A DNA stretch of 64,000 nt from Octopus vulgaris (lineage: Eukaryota): NCBI GenBank assembly GCA_951406725.2, contig OX597821.1, positions 40,920,001-40,984,000 of the forward strand, given 5' to 3'. Shown here piece by piece: positions 26,593-38,378 of this stretch; position 1 is the stretch's first letter, and the number at the start of each line of letters is the position of its first letter. The translations under genes were made by a program, and so were the position numbers. The notes under the pieces are model-generated. The model did not search any database. It was given only the letters and a program-made list of their open reading frames with translations, and was not told the DNA's origin.

Positions 26593-27816
26593 AGGCACAA
26601 GACTTGAAATTTGTGTGGAAGAGGACAGACACTTACTTTGCCCCCAGTTCTCAGTGGGTACTAATTTTAATGACAGCAAAAGGAGGAAAGCAAAGTTGAC
26701 CTCAGCAGAATTTCAATTCAGACCATAATGGCTCTATGCCTTTTGTCTAGCAAGTGTATGATTTTTACTGCTTGCTGCCTTGTATATATTTGTAATAATA
26801 AATGACAATAAACAAACTTCCTGTCTTGTACCAAATATAATGAAGACATTTTATACAAATAGAACAAATATTTAGAATTCTTAGATAAACTAAAACTTTA
26901 ATACAAGTCAACAAAGTAAAATCTTTGGAGAAAAAAAAAACAAGTAAAAAATATTAATTAGATTCTAACATACCTTAATCCATAGTTTTAGATGTAGAAG
27001 CTGCAGTAAAAATATGCATTTATATCTGTGAATATTGTATAAATACAGAATTGGTAAACAACTTAATTTCTTAATTTTTTTTTTCTTCTATTGAATGGTA
27101 AATTGATGCCAATCTAGTTACTTCTTGCTTGACCTGGCACACAGGCTGGTGAATAAACCTATCAAACCCAGGCATGCGTGACCTGTTGCAAATTTCATTT
27201 TTTAATTAATTGATATATAATTACATACACACATGCATACATATATCTATATGTTTATATGTATGTATGCATGAATGTATGGATGGATGGAAGGATGCGT
27301 GCATGAAGGGTGTATGTGTGTGTACATGCGCACGCATAAATATGCACAAGTGCATTCTCACAGAAATGTATATATTAAGCTGTTATATTTGCTTCTGTTA
27401 TTTATATTATATAACAAATACACCATTTACTGGAAACACGATTCATTCATTCCATTTTCAATATAGGTCATAAAACTGCCATAATATGCCATTAATTATA
27501 GAAATTAATTAGCTACTGTTGTTATTTTTCTCCTTCTTTGGAACAAGTTTAAAATTTAATTCAAATATAATCAATTTTATATTATCAATATTTTATTAAT
27601 GAAAAAATCTAAATGAATTAAGTAACAAACATGCTCAACGTCTCATATTGGAAGAAGCAACAATATGAGGCAGAAGTAACAAACCCACTGACTTAGATTG
27701 GTGGTGTTTAGAAATGTCTGATTAAACGTGATTTACGTTTCTGCTATGTATGCTCTTTACTGAGGTTGCCTTTATTGGGCTAATGCTCTGTTGATTGACT
27801 GGGTCAGAAATATATC

Positions 27817-27931
27817 TTCATCATCGTCATCATCGTCGGTATCATCATCATCATCATCGTCGTCGTCATCATCATCCTCATCATCATCATCATCGTCGTC
27901 GTCGTCATCATCATCATCATCATCATCATCA
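27817..27931. repeat. (CAT/CGT)n microsatellite
   Basis: Direct reading; source of the poly-S ORF. Confidence 0.95.
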
Positions 27932-28028
27932 TTGTCACTATCGTTAATATTCAGCTTCTTTGCTGCAAGGGGTTATATTCACTCATACATGCATACATAC
28001 ACACACACACACACACATATATATATGC

Positions 28029-28078
<50 letters not shown>

Positions 28079-28234
28079 GTATGTGAGGAATCAGAGGAAT
28101 AAGTACGCTGAGTAAGTGCTATAGTTGGTCTCCCATTAGGCTCCAAGTTCACAGCTGAAACTGGATCTAGGGATCCATATTAGGGTTCCATTATAACAGT
28201 TATATATAATATTATAGATGTATATATGCATGTA

Positions 28235-28268
<34 letters not shown>

Positions 28269-28570
28269 CGTAATAAATAAAATATAAGGATAAAATCTAT
28301 ATAAGAACTTATCAAGATGCCAGTGTGAAAAACCAGTTCAGGTAAAAATTAATACAAAGTATATAATTTTTTCTTTAAATATAAAATACATTAACTATAT
28401 TAAGGGTTAATTACTATAAGTAAATGCCTCACACTTTATGGGACTCTAAAGTCAAACTACTTCAATAAATATACACAGGCACCAAAATCGAGGGAATGGA
28501 ACATGGAAGTTACCTTTTCTAAAAGGTAACAGCATGAGGCATTTGCTTAAAGTAATAGCCCTTAATATAT

Positions 28571-28800
28571 ATTTCTTTACTACCCACAAGGGGCTAAAAA
28601 CAGAGGAGACAAACAAGGACAGACAAAGGGACTAAGTCGATTACATCGACCCCAGTGCGTAACTGGTACTTAATTTATCGACCCCGGAAGGATGAAAGGC
28701 AAAGTCGACCTCGGCGGAATTTGAACTGGGAACGTAACGGCAGACGAAATACGGCAACATATTTCGCCCGGCGTGCTAACGTTTCTGCCAGCTCACCACC
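28571..28800 (-). mobile_element. SINE family B, full length
   Basis: Complete unit; ttaatata on both sides. Confidence 0.93.
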
Positions 28801-28850
28801 TTAATATAGCCCTTAATATAATTAATTTATGTATATATGTGTGTGTATAC

Positions 28851-28885
<35 letters not shown>

Positions 28886-29095
28886 CATCGTCATCATCAT
28901 CATCACATCATTATTTAATGTCCACCTGTTTTCCATGCTGGCCTGGGTTGAACAGCTGATAGGAGATTTGAGGCAGAGGGCTGTACCGGGTTCCATATTC
29001 CATTTCAGCTTCGTTTCTATGGCTAGATGTCCTTCCTAACACCAACCACTCTACAGAGTGTACTGGGTGCTTTTTACATGGCACCAGTACCCTTA
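28886..29095 (-). mobile_element. RTE 3' UTR fragment with (GAT)n tail
   Basis: Homologous to 23273-23450, 38480-38668 and 51375-51566. Confidence 0.8.
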
Positions 29096-29436
29096 CCACT
29101 ACAATTTACATGACACTTTGGTTTTAGGATCTCAGTTTTGTTGTGGTTGGCAGGTGTTCTTGAGTGCAGCAATGCACCATATATGTTGATCCTCTCTGTT
29201 CTCCTTTGTAAGGCTCAGCTAAATCAGACTGGTGTCTGGTACAGCTCCTCAGCTTTCTAGCACTGGTCAAAAAGGAGGCATCATATATATGTTTTACGTC
29301 TCCTTGTTTTTTCAGGAACTGCTATACATATAGGTGAACAGTCAACAGTGTTGGAGAACATAAAGACTAATTTTGCATTTGAGAAAAAGTTAGCAGCTGG
29401 CATGGAGGACTGGAAGCCATTTAAATATTAGTTTCG

Positions 29437-29831
29437 AGTTTTGGCACAAGCCCAGCAACTTTGGGGGAGCAGGTAAGTCGACCACATCAGCCTCCAGTGC
29501 ACAACTGGTTCTAATTTTATCAACCTTGGAAGGATGAAAGGCAAAGTCAAGCTTGGTGGAATTTGAACTCAGAACATAATGGCAGACGAAATACCTATTT
29601 CTATTTCTTTACTACCCACAAGGGGCTAAACACAGAGAGGACAAACAAAGACCGACAAACGGATTAAATCGATTATATCGACCAGGTGCATAATTGGTAC
29701 TTATTTAATCGACCCCGAAAGGATGAAAGGTAAAGTCGACCTCGGCGGAATTTGAACTCAAAGCGTAGTGGCAGACTAAATGCCGCTAAGCATTTCACCC
29801 GGCAAGCTAACAATTCTGCCAGCTCACTGCC
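29437..29831 (-). mobile_element. SINE B (29596-29831) joined to a SINE B' remainder (29437-29595)
   Basis: Minus-strand junction agaaatag|gtatttcgtctgcc. Confidence 0.88.
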
Positions 29832-29833
29832 TT

Positions 29834-30060
29834 AAGCCATCTGAATATTGGGAAAGATTTACTTGTGTCATGAGGATTCATGTTGAGTGTCAAAATGATG
29901 ACATCATGTCTGCTGCTGCTCAATGCTCCCTGAACACTGTAAAAGCTGTAAGACATGACAGGGACAGCGGAACTGGAGTCTATGGAACTGCAGCCAGCAG
30001 AAAGAGACACAACAGGTGTTCTGACTACCTCTGCATGCTAGAATTAATCCAACAACCTTT
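29834..30060 (+). pseudogene. Probable Tc1/mariner-superfamily transposase N-terminal fragment
   Basis: PSEYWERF..AQCSLNTVKAVRH..ASRKRHNRCSD resembles the HTH region of Tc1-like transposases; recognition by eye only. Confidence 0.45.
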
Positions 30061-30369
30061 ACACTTTATTGTTCCTCAAACATTGTGCATTGAGAAAGCA
30101 AATATTTTTTCCACAGGTACAAAGATTTTTATTGGTTTAAACTCTACCTGTGCTAATGGGATTGGAATTAGATACCTCCTCTATATCTTTATCGAAAGAT
30201 CTACCAGTGTTTACATTTAGTCATACTTTTGAGTTTGTATGTTAGTCTCTTCAAAGGTCATCACATTTGGTTAACCAAAGTTTAGTACTGTATCAGTTGC
30301 CTCCCTTCCACTGCCCGCCTCCAGTATTCTATTCATTTCCCTTGCATTGTCAGCAAATGTCTTGTCTTC

Positions 30370-30530
30370 ATAAGTTTTGAATTAAAATCTTCCACCAAAT
30401 CTTAGTCCCAATTTATGTTCCTAACACTAGCTGAATGATAACTAAGTTATTTTACTAAATTCTTTGTTATATTTAAAGTAATTGAAAGAAACACAGAGCA
30501 TCTCAAAATAAATACAGTAACGAAAGGGTT
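30370..30530. mobile_element. piggyBac-like MITE fragment (same family as 17772)
   Basis: Shared core and end cagtaacgaaagggtt. Confidence 0.55.
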
Positions 30531-30624
30531 CAAATCCCCCCAGATTGACTTCTTACCTGTTCAACTCGACGTTTAAAGTGGTTATCATTATGATCATTAT
30601 TTTTATTATCTATTTCATTAAAGT

Positions 30625-30870
30625 TTATATGAAATTTAGATATGCACCTAATATTAAGCATTGCGATAATTTGCACAAAGAAGTTGTGTGCTGGTTGAAG
30701 AACCAATTGTAATTATTTGATTCAGGAAAATGCCCATCCAGAGCAGCACAATCATTTGTGGGAGTGTTAGTATCCATTTGCTTACCAAATACAACATTAT
30801 ACCCCAGCATAGTCTTTGATTTATTTATTCTTTTGTGGAGGTCATTAGTATCATTGGATGTTGACTTAAT
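30625..30870 (-). pseudogene. Penelope-like element fragment (linker between RT and endonuclease)
   Basis: YNVVFGKQMDTN..ALDGHFPESNNYNWFFNQHT resembles the Penelope motif W(F/Y)NPPF..V.TN..LDKHFP..IFNR.T. Confidence 0.6.
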
Positions 30871-30879
30871 TTTATGAAA

Positions 30880-31320
30880 ACAATCCATATTCTTAAAGGG
30901 TTTATTTTTAAAGTCGTTATAATACTTGTAATAGGGAGTAAGAAATGCTGTTTATGCCTGGAAGAAATATTCCGCATTTTCATGTCTAAATACCTATTTC
31001 TTTACTACCCACAAGGGGCTAAACACAGAGGGGACAAACAAGGACAGACAAATGGATTAAGCCGATTATATCGACCCCAGTGTGTAACTGGTACTTATTT
31101 AATCGACCCCGAAAGGATGAAAGGTAAAGTCGAACTTGGCGGAATTTGAACTCAGAACGTAGCAGCAGACGAAATACCGCTTAGCATTTTGCCCGGCGTG
31201 CTAACGTTTTTGCCAGCATGCCGCCTTTCATGTCTAAATACCAGTTATTAAACAGTAATAAGGAATCTGCCCTAAAATGTGCACACATCCACAGAAAATC
31301 ATTCAAAATATTTTCTTAAA
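30880..31320 (+). pseudogene. Penelope-like GIY-YIG endonuclease C-terminus, split by SINE B
   Basis: With the SINE and one TSD copy removed: GSKKCCLCLEEIFRIFMSKYQLLNSNKESALKCAHIHRKSF (CxLC.E..LLN..E..C.H). Confidence 0.7.
30995..31225 (-). mobile_element. SINE family B with a perfect 17-bp TSD
   Basis: tttcatgtctaaatacc at 30978-30994 and 31226-31242. Confidence 0.96.
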
Positions 31321-31802
31321 AAAGACTTTTGATTAAGTAAATACCACAAACATCAGTGGTGCTAGAATTTGCATGGTAAATATTAGAGCAATATTTAGTT
31401 TGTCTTTATCCTTGTAGTAATCCTTCTCCAAGTATTCTTCATATGTAAAACTTTACATATGAAATAATTCTTTGTTTTATATTCTATATCTTGGAGGATG
31501 GTTTTCTGAACTAAAATTCCATTTCATTTTGTGACCCTTAATTGTACACAGCTGTCTGTAATATTTTCCTTTTTACTTCCATTAAGGCCAGTGGACAAAA
31601 TATACTGTGACCCAGTGTAGAGTCTAGTATTCATGATTTGAATTTCAAACCTTAGGGTCATCCTGATAACCCTTTTTATAGCTGCATCAGGATTCTAAAT
31701 ATTGCTCTTTAATTCTTTGCACTCAAACAGTACTGTTCCCTACCAAATATGATACCACTTGAACCAACATATTTTAAGTTCAAACTACAATAGTGTGCAT
31801 CA

Positions 31803-31962
31803 CTTTGAATAAAGCTGCATAGACTCATCTTTGAATAAAGCTGCATAGACTCAGCTTTAAATAAAGCTGCATAGACTCAGCTTTGAATAAAGCTGCATAC
31901 ACTCATCTTTGAATAAAGCTGTATAGACTTGACTTTGAATAATGCTGCATACACTCATCTTT
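31803..31962. repeat. Minisatellite, 26-bp unit x6
   Basis: ctttgaataaagctgcatagactca(t/g). Confidence 0.96.
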
Positions 31963-32305
31963 AACCAGATGAACTGGATGCAAATGAAGGCCACATTGTA
32001 AGATATCATCCATGCAGCAGAAAAATGTTTAGGACAGATTGAAAGTAAATACACTGTATAATCGACGGTAATAATAAATAACGTGTTGATGTATTTTTCT
32101 CCTTTTTCATTATATATATATATATATATATAATATAAACAAGACTCAGTTGAATAAGGTAGTTATAATTAAGGCACCTAGTTAGGTCAGAATGAACTGC
32201 ACACGGAACAATTTTCTTATTTATGTGAATACCAACCTTGGTAGAATGATATTTGGGTGATGTATGCAGACCACTTAACCTGACTGAGTACATAATCTGC
32301 AATTC

Positions 32306-32850
32306 CACTGACATTACACATCCAGCGGATCATGCTGGCTTCATTTCTTTCAGGCTTACGCATGTCTTCAGCAGTCACGGCCCATGTTTCACTGCCATGA
32401 AGCACAGCAGTTCATACACATGCATCGTACAATCTACCTTGCACTCTGAGCGATAGACTCTTTGTTACCTGTAGGATTAGAAGCTTTCTGAACTTTGTCC
32501 AGGTTATTCTTATTCTATTGGTAACACTCTCTGAGTATCCACCCCCACAACAGACTTGGTCACCTAGGTAACAGAAGTTATCAACTACTTCTAGTTTCTC
32601 CCACTGGCATGTGATGGAATCTGTTTTCTGAGCATCTGTGGTGTTTATTGTCCCTGTGCATCTGCCGCACATGAAAGCTACCTTCCTGGTTAATCTTCCT
32701 TTGATGTTGCTTCACCTCTTATGTGTCCATAGCTTACACTGGATACATCTTATGGAGTTTCTACCTACACCTTTTCTACAGATCGAGCAGGGCCATCTAC
32801 CCGAAGACGTTTGTGTTTGCCTTCCTACTTACTAGAACTTTAGACTTTGT
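32306..32850 (-). pseudogene. RTE LINE ORF fragment (post-YADD region) containing a PHD-type finger
   Basis: KSKVLV..CSIC..CIQCKLWTHKR*..CGRC..LEVVDNFCYLG..RLYDACV..MLHGSETW..MIRWMCNVS. Confidence 0.9.
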
Positions 32851-32882
32851 AACATATATATATATATATATATATGTATGTG

Positions 32883-32945
32883 GAGGCGCAATGGCCCAGT
32901 GGTTAGGGCAGCGGACTCGCGGTCGTAGGATCGTGGTTTCGATTC
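32883..32945 (+). mobile_element. tRNA-derived SINE head (family D), truncated
   Basis: A-box tggcccagtgg, B-box ggtttcgattc; related to the minus-strand head near 57625-57690. Confidence 0.75.
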
Positions 32946-32964
32946 ATATATATATATATATATA

Positions 32965-34226
32965 CGAGGGGCGTTCAATAAGTAATGCCCCTGACCCACT
33001 TCCCATAGCAGTAGAGCAACGAAACTTAGCACAGTTATTAGTCTTTCTCTACATAGGAACCACCCAGAGTTATGCATTTCTCCCACCGTTTGATGCAGCT
33101 CTGGAGACCGTTTTTGTAGAAGACCCCAGCTTGGTCCTCCAACCACGACGTGACTTCAGAAATCAAGGCTGCATCATCTGGGAAACGCTTTCCTTTCAAA
33201 AGCAACTTCATGGCTGGGAAGAGGTGAAAATCAGTGGGTGCAAGGTCAGGAGAGTAGGGAGATGGGGGAGGAGTTCATAGCTGCATGCCTGTGCTTCTGA
33301 TCTGGCGACACGCGAGTTGTAGACCGGAGCGTTGTCCTGCAGGAGGAGGATGCCTTTGCTGATCTTGCTCCGCCTCTTGATTTTGATAGCTTCTCTTAAT
33401 TTCCTCAAAAGTGAAGCATAATAGGCTCTTGTAATTGTGGTACCCTTTGCCAGGAAATCTGTCATTACTACTCCGTCCTGGTCCCAGAAGACTGTGAGCA
33501 TGACCTTGCCAGCGGAGGGCTGCACCCTTGCCTTCTTTAGAGGAGGTGAGTCACGGTGATTCCACTGCATTGACTGGGCTTTGGTCTCTGGATCATAGCG
33601 ATGGACCCAGGTTTTATCCTGTATAATCAGTCTTTTGAAAAATTTTGACTCATCTTCTTGGCACATCTCCAAACTCATCCTCGAGCACTCGACGCGTTCT
33701 TGCTTCAGGAAAGGTGTGAGCAACCTTGGAATCCAACTGGCAGACACCTTTTGCATATGCAAATGGTCATGAATGATAGTTTCCACAGACCCGGTACTAA
33801 TCTTGACCTCATGGGCTATTTGGCGAATAGTTATGCGTCGATCTTCCAAAATGGCAGCCTCAACTTGACGGACAGATGCCTCATCAATGGCAGAAGGGGG
33901 CGACCAGATTTGGCAGCTGTTTCCACAGAGTTCCGACTATGTTTGAATTCACAATGCCAGCGTTTTACAAGGTCATATGATGGGGCATCATCACCATAAG
34001 TTACTTTCATTTCATCAAAACTCTCCCGTGGTGTGCGTCCTTTCAAATACAAAAACCAGATCACTGCTCGACACTCAACAGGCTCCATTTCACACTTGAC
34101 TCGGTTCAAACAACTGTAAATCAGAAACCACAATTAATTCAGAGCTGTAATTTGCCACTTACTCTATAGAAATATAAATAATTGCACATGCAAAATTTCA
34201 ACTAGATCAAACAAATGCAAGTGGGT
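32965..34226 (-). mobile_element. Mariner (DD34D, irritans-like TIR), near intact; right TIR truncated
   Basis: TA followed by cgaggggcgttcaataagtaatgcccctgacccactt; only aagtgggt of the right TIR remains before (TA)n. Confidence 0.95.
33038..34088 (-). pseudogene. Mariner transposase with two frameshifts
   Basis: MEPVECRAVI.., WIPRLL, IIQDKTW, LLQDNAP then 34 residues to (YSPDLAP)TD after frameshift repair, ends ..GGSYVEKD*. Confidence 0.95.
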
Positions 34227-34307
34227 ATATATATATATGTATATATATATACGTTTAAATATTTGTTGTGCAAGATTTTTTATGTGAAGTCGTGTGTTGA
34301 AACAGAT

Positions 34308-34384
34308 ATTGTTATATTTCGGAATGGTCATATTGCCAATTTATTGGCTAAACTGGCAATATGACCATTCCGAAATATAACAAT
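34308..34384. repeat. Perfect 31-bp inverted repeat (fold-back), related to family F
   Basis: attgttatatttcggaatggtcatattgcca / tggcaatatgaccattccgaaatataacaat, 15-nt spacer. Confidence 0.95.
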
Positions 34385-34386
34385 TA

Positions 34387-34552
34387 TGTGGTTGGCGTTA
34401 GGAAGGGCATCCAGCCGTAGAAACACTGCCAGATTTGACTGGGCCTGATGAAGCGTTCTGGCTTCACGGCTTCACAGACCCCAGTAGAACCGTCCAACCC
34501 ATGCTAGCATGGAAAACGGACGCTAAACGATGATGATGATGATGATGATGAT
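34387..34552 (+). mobile_element. RTE 3' UTR fragment with (GAT)n tail
   Basis: gtggttggcgttaggaagggcatccagc..catggaaaacggacgctaaacgatgatgat. Confidence 0.85.
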
Positions 34553-34571
34553 ATATATATATATATATATA

Positions 34572-34733
34572 GGCGCAGGAGTGGCTGTGTGGTAAGTAGC
34601 TTGTTAACCAACCACATGGTTCTGGGTTCATTCCCACTGCGTGGCATCTTCGGCAAGTGTCTTCTGCTATAGCCCCGGGCCGACCAATGCCTTGTGAGTG
34701 GATTTGGTAGACAGAAACTGAAAGAAGCCTGTC

Positions 34734-34775
<42 letters not shown>

Positions 34776-34996
34776 GTGTGTGTGTTTGTGTGTCTGTGTT
34801 TGTTCCCCTAGCATTGCTTGACAACCGATGCTGGTGTGTTTACGTCCCCATCAGCTAGCGGTTCGGCAAAAGAGACTGATAGAATAAGTACTGGGCTTAC
34901 AAAGAATAAGTCCCGGGGTCGATTTGCTCGACTAAAGGCGGTGCTCCAGCATGGCCGCAGTCAAATGACTGAAACAAGTAAAAGAGTAAAAGAGTA
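34572..34996 (+). mobile_element. SINE family A, full length
   Basis: Complete unit. Confidence 0.95.
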
Positions 34997-35019
34997 TATA
35001 TATATATATATATAGATAT

Positions 35020-35091
<72 letters not shown>

Positions 35092-35330
35092 ATAGTTGGA
35101 ATTTACAGAAAAATAGACAAAGAGAGGTGTATAAACAAGAAACATGTGCGTATACGTGAGTGTGTGTGTGTATGTGTGTGTGTGTATGTGTGTCTGTGTC
35201 TGTATATGTATGTATGTATGTGTCTGTGTATGTATGTATGTATGTGTGTGTATGTATGTATGTATGTATGTATGTGTGTATGTATGTACGTATGTATGTA
35301 TGTATGTATGTATGTGTGTATGTATGTATA
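34997..35330. repeat. (TA)n(GATA)n and (TG/TATG)n microsatellites
   Basis: Direct reading; a short family-E fragment lies at about 35093-35147. Confidence 0.9.
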
Positions 35331-36364
35331 TTTAATGTCTGCATGGTTTCCATCTTACAAATTTACCCAGAAGCATTTGTGAACTTAGGGCCAACGTAGA
35401 AGACCCTTGACTGAGTGGGACTGAACTTAAAACCTTATGACTGTGAAGCAAACTCCATAACACTGCAACCAGGGCCTAGAATCAAAGAAAACCATTCCTC
35501 ACAAACTTTTTTTCATTAGAACTCCCCGCCACCCGCTATTATTTTGCTATTAATAAGATGTTCTAAATCACTGCATTTCATAATAATTAGAGATTTTCAC
35601 ACAAGTTTACTTCAACAGTTGAGTTGTAACCAAGAATTTGGTATCAGCAAACAAGCACTCCAATGTGTGCCGTCTACCTTGTCAGGTAAATATTCTAATA
35701 TTCATATCACGTTGCATTTGTAAGTTTTATCTCTTGAATTAACTAAAAATGTTTATATATTATATTGAAACAGTTACCACAGTTCCCAGCAGTCTTGTAC
35801 GTCTTCTCTTAGCCACTTATCACAGAGAAAAGGAGAGAGGGAGTGAGAGAGAGAGAGAGAGAGAGAGGGAATAACTTCTGTTGATGTCTAGTATCATAAG
35901 ATATCTCTTCTTTATTCACTGAATGGATTACATTTAATTCCAAAAAATATAAATAGATTATTAGTAGATAGTATTTTTTAATATATAAACAATACATTTG
36001 TAATCACTAATTCGAGATTGCAAGACTAACACTTGACAAGAATTCAACAACATATCTGTTAACTTCAAGAGTTAAATAAGTTACCAATTACACAATTCTG
36101 AATTTATAAATAGTCTTTTTCAAATTAGAAACAAATGTTTATCTCTTATAGAATAAAAGTATTATCTCAGAACTGTCTTTGATTATCTCATAGGAGTTTT
36201 CTTAGCATCTCTTAACTGCAGTGTTTTGTTTTCAAGAATTGTCTAGCTTGAAGCCTTTTAATGTTGAAGACAAAACACCTTTTTATATTACCTGATTAAA
36301 TATTAGCCTCTGTGGAATTTCATAGACGGTTCTTTGAGCTGTATGAACAAGTGTCAGACCTTCT

Positions 36365-36655
36365 CCAATCTACACACTGGTACTCCCTCAGTTACAATGA
36401 TGAGGTTCCAGTGGATCCAATCAAGAGAACAGCCAGCTTTTGAAATTAACGCGCAAGTGGCTGAGTACTCCACAGACAAGCATACTCTGAATGGAAAATA
36501 TTCAACATGACAAGGAATGTGACAAGGCTGGCCCCTTTGAAGTCCAGTTACTACTCCCTTTTGCCTGCTGGCTGGACTGAAGCAACATGGAGTGAAGTGT
36601 CTTACTCAAGGACACAACACACTGTTGGGAATCAAACTCATGATTTTACATAGTG
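36365..36655 (-). mobile_element. Diverged SINE (family D-like)
   Basis: Minus strand: B-box gagtttgattccc followed by gtgttgtgtccttgagtaagacacttc. Confidence 0.65.
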
Positions 36656-37175
36656 TGTTTTTATGTGTGTGTATGTTTGTTTTTGTGTGTTTGTTTGTGT
36701 GTGTATTGTGATCTGAATACCTTATATGTGTAGGTGTGTGTGTTTGTGTGTGTGAAAGCTATTGTGTTGTGTGTGTGTGCATGTGTGTTTTTATGTGTGT
36801 GTATGTTTGTTTTTGTGTGTTTGTTTGTGTGTGTATTTTTGTGTGTGTGTGTGTGTGTGCTTGTGTGTGTGTCTTTGTGTGAGTGTGTGTGTGCATGTGT
36901 GTGTTTATGCATGTGTGTGTCTTTGTGTGTGTGTGTGGTTTTTGAGTGTCTGTGTTTTTGTGTGTGTTTTTTGTGTGTGTTTTTGTTTTGTGTGTGTGTG
37001 TGTTTATCTGTGTGTCTTTGTGAGTGTGATTGTGTGTGCATGTGTGTTTTTATGTGTGTGTGTGTGTCTTTGTGTGTGCCTTTGTGTGTGTGTGCATGTG
37101 TATTTTTATGTGTGTGTGTGTGTGTTTGTGTGTGTGTGTCTTTGTGTGAGTGTATGTGTGTGTGTGTGTCTGTGT
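36656..37175. repeat. Degenerate (TG)n tract leading into a SINE A 3' half (37165-37385)
   Basis: Direct reading. Confidence 0.9.
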
Positions 37176-37499
37176 TTGTCCCCCACCACCACTTGACAAC
37201 CCCTGTTGGTGTTTACATCCCTCTAGCTTAATGGTTTGACAAAAAGAAGCTGATAGAGTAATTGCCACATTTAAAACATACTCCTGGGGCCAGCTCATTC
37301 GATTAAAAGTTTTTCAAGGCAGTGCTACAGCATGGCCACAGTCCAAAGACTGAAACAAGTGAAAGGTAAAAGTTAAATGATAAAAGACATATATACATAC
37401 CTCTACATATACACATTCACACACATATATACATATATATACACATATATGTCTATATATATATATTTATGATTGACCTCTAGATCCAAAAGTTTTTTT

Positions 37500-37655
37500 A
37501 TTCGCACACTCTTTATTTCCTCATGTTCCTTTCTGATGAAGAGCATAGGCTTGAAACACAAAAGACTTTCTCACCTTCTCAAGCATCAAACTAATACACC
37601 TGTTTGTTGTTTATACACCTGTCTTCATCTTTTGTTTTACTGTAAATTTCAACGA
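37500..37655 (+). mobile_element. Family E short element with hammerhead motif (37528-37565)
   Basis: ccttt CTGATGA a gagc atag gctt GAAA ca ca aaaga; downstream ctaatac..acacctgtcttc..ttttgttt shared with the other E copies. Confidence 0.75.
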
Positions 37656-37687
37656 TATATATATATATATGTGTGTATGTATGTATA

Positions 37688-37973
37688 TTTCGTTTTGGGA
37701 TTTGGTTTGCAAGATTCTTTATGTGAATTCATGTGCTGAAGCATACTCTGTTATGTCTGTGGAGAGTCATTCTCTTTTACCGCTTTATAATTTAACACAC
37801 TCACTAGTTAAATTTCCACTTATTTCTTTTTTTATTTTTCTAAAATTTTTGTTGCATCAATTGAAAAGGTTGCAAGACACAATGAAAATTTTAGGAAAAT
37901 AAAAAAGAAATGAGTAGAAATGTTCCCAGTGAATGTGTTAAATTATAAGGCAGTAAAAGAGATACAACAGAAT
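37688..37973. mobile_element. Fold-back element, family F (second copy)
   Basis: Same head as 7884; inverted segment restarts at ttgaaaaggttgcaagac (about 37861). Confidence 0.8.
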
Positions 37974-38342
37974 ATATACAACAGAATGGAAGCTGCATGT
38001 ATAATGCATAACTTAGAAGCAGCACTCAGATGTACCAACACACACAAGATTGAAACATAGCCGACCTCATGCACTTCTCATGAGGAATTCCTGAAGGAGC
38101 TTCGTGTGACCAATGCTGAGATGCTTCCGAAAAAAGAAAAGCCATTGGGAAGCCAATCATAGCAGCGACTCCATCTAAGAATATCTGAAGAAGGAATTGT
38201 ATTCTGAAATATTATCAGACTATGGATAACTAAATTACAACAGGTATATAGTCCATTTTTTGTATTATAGTGCATTGTTGTACCATTCAAAACTTTTTAT
38301 TCTTCACAAACAATACACAGTGCTTCAAGCGAACTACAATAC

Positions 38343-38377
<35 letters not shown>

Positions 38378-38378
<1 letters not shown>

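Noticed and set aside
27715-27800. TGATTTAC and TGATTGAC Pbx/Hox/Meis-like sites
   Set aside because: 8-mers are expected by chance in 64 kb of AT-rich DNA; needs conservation data
29316-29431. Acceptor plus 38 open codons (GTAIHIGEQ..KPFKY*)
   Set aside because: No recognisable protein; lies among repeat debris; length expected by chance
31803-31962. 26-bp repeats as a CRISPR array
   Set aside because: Head-to-tail with no spacers; eukaryotic context; no cas genes
32883-32945. tRNA gene
   Set aside because: A and B boxes present but no acceptor-stem 3' half; it is a SINE head
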